Below are positions 18,305 through 26,947 of a stretch of 64,000 nt of DNA, one piece after another. A program made the translations under genes and the position numbers. Source of the stretch: Dehalococcoidia bacterium (GTDB taxonomy: Bacteria; Chloroflexota; Dehalococcoidia; JAUSIH01); assembly GCA_030648205.1 (NCBI GenBank), contig JAUSIH010000046.1, positions 1,370 to 65,369 on the forward strand, written 5' to 3'. Below the pieces are notes generated by a model, which worked only from the letters and a program-made list of their open reading frames with translations, had not been told where the DNA came from and ran no database searches. Every line of letters starts with the position of its first letter. Within the stretch, counting starts at the first letter, position 1.

Positions 18305-19831
18305 TCACCCCATCCCTCTCGGCCTGTACTGCAGCGCCTCCGCCACGTGGACGACACCAATCGCCTCCGCGCCGGAGAGGTCGGCTATCGTCCGCGCCAG
18401 CTTAAGGATGCGGTGGAAGGCCCGCGCCGACAGGTGCAGTTGCTTCATGGCCGCCTGCAGCAGTCCCTTGGTCGGCGTGTCCATCTGGCAGTGCTGGCGC
18501 ACCTCCATCGCCGTCATATCCGCGTTCGCCAGGACGCTCCGCGAGGTGGAGTAGCGCCGCCTCTGGACCTCCCGCGCCGCCTCGACCCGCGCCCGCACCG
18601 TCGCCGAGCCTTCGCCGGAGCGGTCGTCCACCAGCTTCTCGTACTCGACGCGCGGCACCTCGACGAACATGTCTATGCGGTCGAGGAGCGGCCCGCTGAT
18701 GCGCTTCTGGTAGCGCGAGACCAGGCTGGCGGCGCAGGTGCAGGGCTTGAGGGGGTCGCCGTAGTAGCCGCAGGGGCAGGGGTTCATCGCCGCCACCAGC
18801 ATGAAGCTCGCGGGGAACGTGACCGTGCCCTGGGCGCGGCTGATGGTCACCACGCGGTCCTCCATCGGCTGGCGCAGCACCTCCAGCACGTTGTGCCCGA
18901 ACTCCGGCAGCTCGTCCAAGAACAGCACGCCGCGATGGGCCAGGCTGATCTCACCCGGATGGGGCTGCCGTCCGCCGCCGACGAGTCCCGCGTGCGAGAT
19001 GGTGTAGTGCGGCGAGCGGAAGGGGCGCTGCGTCACGAGGGGCGTGTCCGAGGGCAGAAGGCCGCTGACGCTGTAAATTTTGGTGACCTCCAGCGCCTCG
19101 TCCATCGTCATCTTGGGCAGGACGGCGGCAAGGGCGCGCGCAAGGAGGGTCTTGCCACTGCCCGGCGGGCCGCTCATCAGGAGGTTGTGCCCGCCCGCCG
19201 CCGCGATCTCCAGCGCCCGCTTGGCGTGCTCCTGCCCCTTGATGTGCGCCAGGTCCGCTCCGCTCGGCCCGTCGTCCACGGCTGGCGGCGGTCCTTCCGC
19301 GGAAGAATAGGGCGCGATGGACGCCTCTCCCCGAAGGTGCGCCACCAACTCGGTCAGCGCGCCCACGGGCAGAATTGTCAGGTGGTCCACCAGAGATGCC
19401 TCTCTGGCGTCGGATGCGGGGGCGTACACGGTTCGGATGCCCTGCTGGCGGGCCAGCGCCACCATAGGCAGAATGCCTTGTGTATGACGCACGCCGCCGT
19501 CCAGCGACAGCTCACCCAGGAACAGCGTCTCCGTCGCGTCGAACGCCACCTGCCCGGAGCTGAGCAGAATGCCGATGGCGATTGGCAGGTCATAGGCGGG
19601 GCCTTCCTTCTTGAGGTCGGCGGGGGCCAGGTTGACCGTGATGCGCTTGAGGGGGAACTCGCAGCCGGAGTTGCGGATGGCGGCGCGGACGCGCTCCTTG
19701 GCCTCCTGCACCGCCATATCCGGCAGGCCGACGATGGTGAAGCTGGGCAGCCCCGGCGAGATGTCCACCTCCACCTCGACGATGGCGCCGTCCATCCCCA
19801 CGATGGCGCAACTCCGGACCTTTGCAAGCAT
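18305..19831 (-). CDS. comM: YifB/ComM family Mg-chelatase-like AAA+ ATPase
   Basis: N-terminal Lon-like domain, Walker A LLMSGPPGSGKT, the CPCGYYGDPLKPCTC zinc motif and a C-terminal ...RILKLARTIADLSGAEAIGVVHVAEALQYRPRG. Confidence 0.9.
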   Translation of the reverse strand: MLAKVRSCAIVGMDGAIVEVEVDISPGLPSFTIVGLPDMAVQEAKERVRAAIRNSGCEFPLKRITVNLAPADLKKEGPAYDLPIAIGILLSSGQVAFDATETLFLGELSLDGGVRHTQGILPMVALARQQGIRTVYAPASDAREASLVDHLTILPVGALTELVAHLRGEASIAPYSSAEGPPPAVDDGPSGADLAHIKGQEHAKRALEIAAAGGHNLLMSGPPGSGKTLLARALAAVLPKMTMDEALEVTKIYSVSGLLPSDTPLVTQRPFRSPHYTISHAGLVGGGRQPHPGEISLAHRGVLFLDELPEFGHNVLEVLRQPMEDRVVTISRAQGTVTFPASFMLVAAMNPCPCGYYGDPLKPCTCAASLVSRYQKRISGPLLDRIDMFVEVPRVEYEKLVDDRSGEGSATVRARVEAAREVQRRRYSTSRSVLANADMTAMEVRQHCQMDTPTKGLLQAAMKQLHLSARAFHRILKLARTIADLSGAEAIGVVHVAEALQYRPRGMG

Positions 19832-19856
19832 AAGGACTCCAGACGGAAGGATAAGC

Positions 19857-20318
19857 TCAGGCTATCTGGACGACGGCTTCGACCTCGACGGGCGTGTTGT
19901 GGTACAGAGTGTACACGCCCACCGCCGAGCGCGTATGGCGGCCCGCCTCGCCGAACGCCTGGGTGATGAGATCGGAGAACCCGTGCAGGACCGCGGGCGT
20001 ATTGTGGAACCCGGGGGCGCAGTTGATGAAGCCCAGGACCTTGACCCAGCGATGGATTCTGTCCAGGTCGCCCAGGTAGCCCTTGAGCGTGCCCAGCATG
20101 GCGACTCCCGTCAGCCGCGCTGCCTCGTAGCCCTGCTCCAGGGTCAGCTCGCCGCCAACCTTGCCCGTGACCAGCGGCTTGATGTTCGCGTCGAAGGGGC
20201 CGTGGCCGCTGACGTACACCAGCTTGTCCACGGTGACGCACCGCACCCGGTTCGGCGCGTCCTGCCACGCTGAGGGAAGGACGATGCCCATCTCGCGCAA
20301 ACGCTCTTCGACAACCAT
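19857..20318 (-). CDS. ridA: RidA/YjgF/TdcF family reactive-intermediate (enamine/imine) deaminase
   Basis: YVSGHGPF...GELTLEQGYEAARLTGVAMLGTLK...SAVGVYTLYHNTPVEVEAVVQI. The start was chosen at MVVEER. Confidence 0.8.
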   Translation of the reverse strand: MVVEERLREMGIVLPSAWQDAPNRVRCVTVDKLVYVSGHGPFDANIKPLVTGKVGGELTLEQGYEAARLTGVAMLGTLKGYLGDLDRIHRWVKVLGFINCAPGFHNTPAVLHGFSDLITQAFGEAGRHTRSAVGVYTLYHNTPVEVEAVVQIA

Positions 20319-20331
20319 GCGACACACCTCC

Positions 20332-20371
20332 GCGGACTGCGACCCGCCCCATTATAGCCGCGACGCCGCCT
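20332..20371 (-). promoter_or_regulatory. 40-bp direct-repeat copy 1, carrying a perfect TATAAT -10 hexamer on the minus strand ~35 bp upstream of the ridA start
   Basis: cgcggactgcgacccgccccattatagccgcgacgccgcc. Its reverse complement contains ggcTATAATgg. Confidence 0.45.
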
Positions 20372-20446
20372 GATGCAGGACATTGCGGCTGTACCGAGTG
20401 CTAACGGAGCATACTCGTTTAGTTTCCTTTTCTTCCTAACACGCCA

Positions 20447-20677
20447 CTAAGACCTCGGACGTTTGAGGTACAGCTCACAGCGTATTGCTGTGCGAGTTAT
20501 CAAGCTTAGTGTGCCAGTTAGCTCCCATCCTTGCTCGCCCAGGGTATTCAATAAGGGGCCGGGGTTGTACCAGTCACCGCCGGGACCTCTTACTTTTTCG
20601 AACTTCCCCGAACGCCCGTTGCTATCAACCCAATTAGATTCGTAGACCACGATGACCAAGTACTCCCACTTTTGCAT
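20447..20677 (-). CDS. DUF4177-like small protein
   Basis: 76 aa beginning MQKWEYLVIVVYESNW..., typical of DUF4177 (MxKWEYKVV...). The coding region is markedly lower in GC than its flanks. Confidence 0.55.
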   Translation of the reverse strand: MQKWEYLVIVVYESNWVDSNGRSGKFEKVRGPGGDWYNPGPLLNTLGEQGWELTGTLSLITRTAIRCELYLKRPRS

Positions 20678-20713
20678 AGTACTCCTCTCTCGTCACCTAC
20701 CCTTTAGCCAAAG

Positions 20714-20753
20714 CGCGGACTGCGGCCCGCCCCATTATAGCCGCGACGCCGCC
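20714..20753 (-). promoter_or_regulatory. 40-bp direct-repeat copy 2 (1 mismatch to copy 1), carrying a TATAAT box ~58 bp upstream of the DUF4177 gene start
   Basis: cgcggactgcggcccgccccattatagccgcgacgccgcc. Confidence 0.45.
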
Positions 20754-20804
20754 ACTTCTCCATCGGGCGCAGGCGCTATACTCAAGGTGCGGGAAAGGAG
20801 CGCA

Positions 20805-21545
20805 ATGCCGTTCACCACGGATGTCCAGACGATGACCAGAACGGGCATGGAGCGCCTTCTGGACCAGATGGAGGGCCCCGGCCTTGGACGGGTGACACTC
20901 TACCTTCCGCCCGCGTCTCTCCTCGCTATCCGGACGCTGCTCGCCGGGGCGGACCCCGAACTGGCCGACGAGGTGGCGCGCAAGGCCGACGACACGTGGT
21001 CGGGCGCGGCGGTGTTCCTGTCCGCCGACCAGGCGTATATCGTCGCGCCTCCATTCCCCATCCGTGCCGAGAGTCGCAGCGACGGCTGGGACGGCGCGCC
21101 GCTGCGCGCGCTCTTCGCTCGGCGCTATCTCCTGGGCGTGGTGCTCCTGAGGCTGGGGGCGTACGCCGTCGGCGTGCTGGACGGCGACGAGATGGTCGTC
21201 TCCAAGGCGGACACGCGCTACGTGAAGGGCAAGCACCACGCGGGCGGGTGGTCGCAGCAGCGCTTCGCGCGTAGACGTGAGAAGCAGATGCGCGAGCTGT
21301 TTGACGAGGCGTGCGAGGTGGCGCGTGACTGTCTGGCGCCCTACGAGCGGCGGCTGGACTACATATTCCTCGGCGGTGAGAGGTTGACGCTGCTGGCTTT
21401 CCGCAAGCGGTGTCCCTATCTGGAGAGGCTCGCCGAGAAGATAGCGCCGCGCATTCTTGAGGTGGAGCGGCCCAACCGCGGGGCGCTGGAAGGCATCCCC
21501 CGCGAGGTCTGGAAGTGCCGCGTCACCCTGTTCCGGCGGGCGTGA
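20805..21545 (+). CDS. putative Vms1/ANKZF1-like (VLRF1 family) release-factor-fold peptidyl-tRNA hydrolase domain protein; hypothesis, otherwise a conserved hypothetical protein
   Basis: SD aaggag is 7 nt upstream of the ATG at 20805. Basic motif KGKHHAGGWSQQRFARRREKQMRELF (a GxxQ followed by RFxRRRE), which I recall as the VLRF1 catalytic loop. No other recognisable domain. Confidence 0.4.
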   Translation: MPFTTDVQTMTRTGMERLLDQMEGPGLGRVTLYLPPASLLAIRTLLAGADPELADEVARKADDTWSGAAVFLSADQAYIVAPPFPIRAESRSDGWDGAPLRALFARRYLLGVVLLRLGAYAVGVLDGDEMVVSKADTRYVKGKHHAGGWSQQRFARRREKQMRELFDEACEVARDCLAPYERRLDYIFLGGERLTLLAFRKRCPYLERLAEKIAPRILEVERPNRGALEGIPREVWKCRVTLFRRA

Positions 21546-21560
21546 CGGGCGAGGACGCCG

Positions 21561-24500
21561 CTACCTGCGGGAACCGCGCGACTCCACGGGCTCCGGGGCC
21601 TCTCCAAAGTGCCCGGGCGCTGCCCGACCTTGCCCGTGGCCGCGCAGTCGCTCCAGGAATTCATCCATGATGGAGTAGACCACAGGTACGACTATCAGGG
21701 TCAGGATGGTGGACGTGATAAGCCCGCCGATCACGGCCAGGCCCATGGGCTGACGCAACTCCGAGCCCGCGCCAAGGCCGAGCGCCAGAGGCAACATGCC
21801 CATGATCATGGCGGCCGTCGTCATGAGGATGGGCCGGAGCCGGATAGGGCCTGCGGTGAGCAGGGCTTCCCCGCGGGGCATTCCTCGACTTCGCAGCGTG
21901 TTCGTGTAGTCCACGAGCAGGATGGAGTTCTTCGCCACGAGGCCCATGAGCAGGATGATGCCGATCATCGCCATCATGCTGATGGGGAATCCCGCGGCGA
22001 ACAGAAGGCCCAGCGCGCCCACGCCCGCCAGCGGCAGGGCTGCCATGATGACCAGGGGCTGGGTGAAGGAGCCGAACTCGGACGCCAGGATCATGTACAC
22101 GAAGAGGACGGAGAGGCCCAGAGCCATGAGCAGGCTGCTGAACGTTTCGCCGAGCTGCTCTGACTGGCCGAATGGGACAATGCGCACGCCGGCGGGCAGA
22201 GGCATCTCCCGAAGCGCCTGCTGAAGGTCGCTGACGGCCTCGCTCAGCGACTGGCTGCCAAAGTTGGCGGATATGACGACCTGACGCTCGCGGTTTTCCC
22301 TGTCTATGCGGCCGGGGCCTGTGGCCGGCGCGATGGTGGCGACGCTCGCAAGGCGGACCGTGCCGCCCCCGGGAGTGGCGACGGGAATAGCCAGGATGGC
22401 GTCCTCTTGCTGCCTGTCCTGGGCGCGCAACTGGACGGTTATATCTATATCTTCGTCCGGACCGCGGAGCTTGGAGATGGCGTCTCCATTGACCAGCGTA
22501 CGCAGCGTTGTGGCTACGGCGGCCGGGGAGAGGCCCACTTCCGACGCGCGGTCCTGGTCCACCAGCACTCGCAGTTCCGGCTTCCCGAGCCGGAGGCTGG
22601 AGGCGACGTCAGTGAAGCCTCGCCCGTTCTCCTTCAGCCGAGCCATGACGGTGTCGGCAGCGCGGCTCAGGTCGTTCACGTCGCTGCCGCGCAGGGCCAC
22701 CTGGACGACCTTGCTGCCAAATGTGCTCAGACTGCTGGACCCGGCGCCCAGGGACTCCTCCCCCAGCGGAGAGATGTTGGTGCGCGCGTTCGCCAGATCG
22801 GGCCACGTCGCAAACTCCTTGCGGAGGCGGTTCAAAGGCGGGAAGGCGTGGCCGATGCCGGTCGTGACGAAGAAGTTTGCTTTCTCCCCCTCCGTGCTCG
22901 ACGAGCCGCTCGCGAACGCGCCGCCGCCGACAGTGGTGTAGACCACCTTGACCTCGGGTTGCGCCCTGATCACGGACTCCATCTTCCGGGCCACGGTGTC
23001 AGTCTGGGCAAGGGCTGTGCCCGAGGGCAACTCCACGGACACGTAGAAGAAGCCCCTGTCTATCTGCGGCTGGAGCTCGCTGCCCATGAGGGGTATCAGG
23101 ACGATCGCCATGACGAACGACGCGAGTCCGATGCCGAGCACGAGCGGCCGGTGGCCGAGCGCCCAGCGCAGGACGGGCTTGTAGAGGCCTTCGGCTCGGT
23201 CGTACACTCTGCCCCAGGCCGCCAGCAGCGGGGCCTCCCGGCGCTTGCCCTCGATCCGGCGGAAGAAGAACGTGGAGAGCATGGGCGCAAGGGTCAACGC
23301 CTCCAGCAAGGACAGGAGGACGGCCACGGCCACCACCAGCCCGAACTGGTTCAGGAACCGGCCCACCAGGCCCGTGGTCAGGGTGATGGGGAAGAAGACC
23401 GCCACGATGACCAGGGATACCGCTATCACGGCACGGGCTATCTCCGCCGTGCCGAGTTTTGCGGCGGTCCGCGGGTCCTCGCCCTGCTCCATGTGGCGGA
23501 AGATGTTCTCGCGGACGACGATGGCGTCGTCAATGAGGAGGCCGACCACCAGGGAGAGGGCCAGGAGGGTCACCATGTTCAGGGTGAAGCCCATCAGGTA
23601 GATCGCGCCGAAGGTGGCCACGATGACGATGGGGAGGCCGATCACTGTAATCAGTGTGTTGCGCAGGTCTCGGAAGAACAGGAAGACGACAAAGGCGGCG
23701 GCTAGCCCTCCGATAATCAGGCTGCGGTAGAGGTCGTCATTGAAGGTGCGGACGTTCGTGGACTGGTCGAAGACCGAGAAGACGTCCATGTCCGTTCGGT
23801 CTTGCTGAATGCGGGCCATTTCCTTGAGGGCGGCGTCTGCCACACGGACGGTGTTGGTCCCTGACTGTTTGTGGATGGCAAGGCTGACGGCTTCCTGCCC
23901 GTTGATGCGGGTTATACTCCGCGCTTCTTTGACGCCCTCGCGCACATCCGCTATGTCGCCAAGCCGGACGGGAGCGCCCTCGGCGCCGCCTGCCACGACC
24001 AGGGCGCGCAGGTCGTCCACGCTGTGGAACTCGCTGGCGGTCCGCAGCAACAACTCGCGCTGGCCCTGGGTGACGCGCCCGGCGGGCAGGCTCAGGTTGT
24101 TGGCCTGGATGGCGCGGACCACCTGCTCCACGGGGATGTTGTACGCGGCCAGCTTGGTCGCGTACAGGTCGACCAGCACCTGCTTCTCGCGCCCGCCGGA
24201 GATGGTCGCGGCGGCCACGCCGGGCACGCGCTCAAAGCGAGGCTTGATGTCGTCGTCCACCAGCTTTCGGAGGTCCGCCGGATTGCGGCCCTGCCTGTCC
24301 CGGATGCCGACGGTCATGATGGGCAGGGATGCCAGGTCGAACCGCTTGATGACCGGCTCCTGGACGCCATCCGGGAGGCTGCGCCGGACCGTGGCCAGCC
24401 GCTCGCGCACGTCCGCGGAGGCCTGACGCGCGGCGTAGTCCATGTTGAACTCAAGGGTGACCACGGATACGCCTTCCTGGGATGTCGACCGGATGGCCTC

Positions 24501-24725
24501 GATATAGTTCAGGGAGGCGAAGGCGTCCTCAAGCGGCTTGGACACGTCCCGCTCAACGTCCTCGGCGGAGGCGCCCGGGTAAACCGTCTGGACGACGACC
24601 ACGGGGACGGAGATGTCCGGCAGTAGGTCAAGGCCTGTTTGAAAGAAAAACACCGTACCCATGACGAGCACGGTGAGGACGCACATGGTGATGAAAACCG
24701 GCGCGCGTATTGCCAGGTTCCACAT
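21561..24725 (-). CDS. efflux RND transporter permease subunit (HAE1/AcrB family)
   Basis: 1054 aa with 12 TM segments and two large periplasmic loops. AcrB-like motifs include the PFFFRRIEG region and LLMGLVAKNSILLVDY. Confidence 0.9.
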   Translation of the reverse strand: MWNLAIRAPVFITMCVLTVLVMGTVFFFQTGLDLLPDISVPVVVVQTVYPGASAEDVERDVSKPLEDAFASLNYIEAIRSTSQEGVSVVTLEFNMDYAARQASADVRERLATVRRSLPDGVQEPVIKRFDLASLPIMTVGIRDRQGRNPADLRKLVDDDIKPRFERVPGVAAATISGGREKQVLVDLYATKLAAYNIPVEQVVRAIQANNLSLPAGRVTQGQRELLLRTASEFHSVDDLRALVVAGGAEGAPVRLGDIADVREGVKEARSITRINGQEAVSLAIHKQSGTNTVRVADAALKEMARIQQDRTDMDVFSVFDQSTNVRTFNDDLYRSLIIGGLAAAFVVFLFFRDLRNTLITVIGLPIVIVATFGAIYLMGFTLNMVTLLALSLVVGLLIDDAIVVRENIFRHMEQGEDPRTAAKLGTAEIARAVIAVSLVIVAVFFPITLTTGLVGRFLNQFGLVVAVAVLLSLLEALTLAPMLSTFFFRRIEGKRREAPLLAAWGRVYDRAEGLYKPVLRWALGHRPLVLGIGLASFVMAIVLIPLMGSELQPQIDRGFFYVSVELPSGTALAQTDTVARKMESVIRAQPEVKVVYTTVGGGAFASGSSSTEGEKANFFVTTGIGHAFPPLNRLRKEFATWPDLANARTNISPLGEESLGAGSSSLSTFGSKVVQVALRGSDVNDLSRAADTVMARLKENGRGFTDVASSLRLGKPELRVLVDQDRASEVGLSPAAVATTLRTLVNGDAISKLRGPDEDIDITVQLRAQDRQQEDAILAIPVATPGGGTVRLASVATIAPATGPGRIDRENRERQVVISANFGSQSLSEAVSDLQQALREMPLPAGVRIVPFGQSEQLGETFSSLLMALGLSVLFVYMILASEFGSFTQPLVIMAALPLAGVGALGLLFAAGFPISMMAMIGIILLMGLVAKNSILLVDYTNTLRSRGMPRGEALLTAGPIRLRPILMTTAAMIMGMLPLALGLGAGSELRQPMGLAVIGGLITSTILTLIVVPVVYSIMDEFLERLRGHGQGRAAPGHFGEAPEPVESRGSRR

Positions 24726-25161
24726 AGGTTACAGCACTCTTTCGGGGCTGCACCCCGCGTTGCGGCGGACGGTCGCGTGTTGGAGGTCGGTTGTCATAGC
24801 TGTTGCAACGTATCCTGTCCAGTATAGCACAGATAAGGCGCTATCAGCTTGTTAGGGAAATCACGAATGCGCGACGGAGGCGGGGCGCCAGCCTGCCCCA
24901 GGGCGGCGCAGGCCGTATCTGGCGCAGATGCGCCTTGCTTTTGCCCTCTTGACGTAGTAAAATGTCGTTCGAGGTCTCGGAGCAGGCCGATCCCTTGGAA
25001 GGTTCTCCGAATTGTCTAGGCTATATGCTCCTCCTCAGGCCTATTTCGTTGCATCGTCGTCCTAAGGGAAAGAGGCCACGGTTGACGTGCGCAGGCGGTG
25101 CTTCCCTAACAGCGTAGCCTCGTGATTCCTTGCTGGCGTAGGACCAAAGGAGAGTGGTCAT

Positions 25162-25344
25162 ATGTCTGTAGTAAGCCTTCGCGACGGAGAGACTCAAGAG
25201 AGTCTGCTCAAGCGTTTCACCAGCATGATCCAGCGCTCCGGCATCCTGCGCGAGGCGAAACGGAAGCGCTACTTTGTATCCAAGGGTGAGACGGCCCGCG
25301 AGAAGCACCGCCGCGCCGCCCGCCGTCGCCGCCTGCGCGTCTAG
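25162..25344 (+). CDS. rpsU: 30S ribosomal protein S21
   Basis: MSVVSLRDGETQESLLKRFTSMIQRSGILREAKRKRYFVSKGETAREKHRRAARRRRLR: the full-length S21 signature with its basic C-terminal tail. Confidence 0.9.
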   Translation: MSVVSLRDGETQESLLKRFTSMIQRSGILREAKRKRYFVSKGETAREKHRRAARRRRLRV

Positions 25345-25575
25345 CGTCGCCCCGCGCTTGTATCACACGCCTTCTCCCTGATACCCGCGCTCACCCCCGG
25401 AGACGCTTGCCCTGTCGGTGCCTCTCGCGACGGACCAGTAAGCTGGCTTGCTGGCAAAGGTCTGTAAGGTCTCGTTGGCAGGTGTTGCTGACCTCCTCAG
25501 TTGCACTTGTGTTGCCTCGGCCAATCCCGTAGAATCCGCAAGGAAACTCACGTAAACGTCGCATGCGGAGGAGCC

Positions 25576-26376
25576 ATGTCGTTTTCCACAATCCTTCTGG
25601 ACAAAGAGGGCGCGGTCGCCACGCTGACGCTCAACGTGCCGGACAAGCTGAACACCTACTCGCCGGAAATGGCGAAGGACCTGATGGCGGCGTGGACGGA
25701 TGTGAACAACGACCCGCAAGTACGCGTCATGATTCTGACGGGGGCGGGCCGGGCTTTCAGCGCGGGGGCAAACGTCAACCTGTTCCGGGAGGCCGCGGAG
25801 CACCGGCGTAAGACCGGGGAGCGCCGCGCGGTGCAGGACAACTGGTTCCCGGAGCACGGCCCGCAGTTCCTGACCCGCATGGACAAGGTGACGATCGCGG
25901 CTATCAACGGCCCGGCGGTGGGCATCGGCTTCACAATACCGCTCGCCTGCGACATCCGCATCATGGCGGACACGGCGACAACGGGCGCGGTGTTCGGCCG
26001 TGTTGGTCTGGTCCCCGAGTTTGGCAGCACCTACCTGCTGCCGCGCGTCGTCGGCCTGCCCAAGGCGCTGGAGCTTGTCCTCACCGCCAGGATAATCGGC
26101 GCGGCCGAGGCCAAGGAGATTGGCTTGGTGCACAAGGTCGTGCCCGCCGCGCAGTTGATGGACGAGGCCCGCTCCTGGGCGACGACCATCGCCGCGAACG
26201 CCCCCCTGACGCTCAAGCTGGGCAAGCATGGCCTCTACAGGGCGCTGGACGCCACCTTCCAGGAGCAGTGCGATTGGGAGAACATCGCCCAGGACTTCAT
26301 AATGGGCACCGCGGACCACCTGGAGGGCGTGACTGCCTTTCTGGAGAAGCGGGCGCCGCGCTGGACGGGGAAGTAG
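25576..26376 (+). CDS. enoyl-CoA hydratase/isomerase (crotonase superfamily)
   Basis: The start was chosen at MSFSTILLDKEGAVATLTLN. The protein carries ILTGAGRAFSAGANV, the oxyanion-hole motif, and AAINGPAVGIGFTIPLACDIRIMAD. Confidence 0.85.
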   Translation: MSFSTILLDKEGAVATLTLNVPDKLNTYSPEMAKDLMAAWTDVNNDPQVRVMILTGAGRAFSAGANVNLFREAAEHRRKTGERRAVQDNWFPEHGPQFLTRMDKVTIAAINGPAVGIGFTIPLACDIRIMADTATTGAVFGRVGLVPEFGSTYLLPRVVGLPKALELVLTARIIGAAEAKEIGLVHKVVPAAQLMDEARSWATTIAANAPLTLKLGKHGLYRALDATFQEQCDWENIAQDFIMGTADHLEGVTAFLEKRAPRWTGK

Positions 26377-26458
26377 CGGCGTCTTGCGGGCGCGGAGCCG
26401 TCCGGCGGCTTGTGCTATCATGGACGGGTGTAGCCGTCCGCGGCTTCGGGTGTAACGA

Positions 26459-26533
26459 GCGGGGGTAATTCAGTGGTAGAATGCCACCCCTCCAAGGTGG
26501 ACGTCGCGGGTTCGAATCCCGTCCCCCGCTCCA
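26459..26533 (+). tRNA. tRNA-Gly (anticodon UCC)
   Basis: Manual cloverleaf: acceptor stem GCGGGGG/CCCCCGC, D-arm attc-agtggta-gaat, anticodon arm ccacc-cctccaa-ggtgg (anticodon TCC), T-arm gcggg-ttcgaat-cccgt, discriminator U73 and an encoded CCA. G1-C72, C2-G71, G3-C70 and U73 are Gly identity elements. Confidence 0.8.
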
Positions 26534-26703
26534 GCATGCCTGTTGTCAGCTTCGGTCCCGGGTGCGACATGGTTTCAGGCCTCGTCTTCTTGCATCTCTT
26601 ATCGGACGCGAGTTTTGATTGGCAAGGCTTGGATCGTTTCTTGGGATAGCTGCTTGAGACACTCTCTGGTGGGTCGTACGGCGCTTGAGGAGGGTGCACG
26701 AAC

Positions 26704-26946
26704 ATGGTAAAAACCGCAACGACGAAGCCCCAAGCGAAGTTTACGGCGGTGTTCCTGCGTGACGGCAAGTGGTGGATTGGGTACGCGGAGGAGCTGCCGG
26801 GAGCGAACGCCCAGGGCAAGACGCTTGAGGAGGCCCGCGAGAGCCTGCGCGAGGCCGTCGTCCTGATTCTTGAAGCCAACCGCGAGCTGACGCGCCGCGA
26901 GACCCTTGGAAAGGATGTCCTGAGAGAAGAGCTTTCGGTCGCCTAA
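26704..26946 (+). CDS. HicB-family antitoxin (UPF0150)
   Basis: FTAVFLRDGKWWIGYAEELPGANAQGKTLEEARESLREAVVLILE. Confidence 0.7.
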   Translation: MVKTATTKPQAKFTAVFLRDGKWWIGYAEELPGANAQGKTLEEARESLREAVVLILEANRELTRRETLGKDVLREELSVA

Positions 26947-26947
26947 C

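Noticed and set aside
18260-19966. 568-aa + strand ORF
   Set aside because: It is antisense to comM. The opposing strand carries Walker A, zinc-motif and C-terminal comM signatures.
24726-25160. Putative sigma70 promoter (TTGACG ... TAAAAT) upstream of rpsU
   Set aside because: The spacing between the best -35 and -10 candidates is wrong (8 nt). No confident promoter call can be made by eye.
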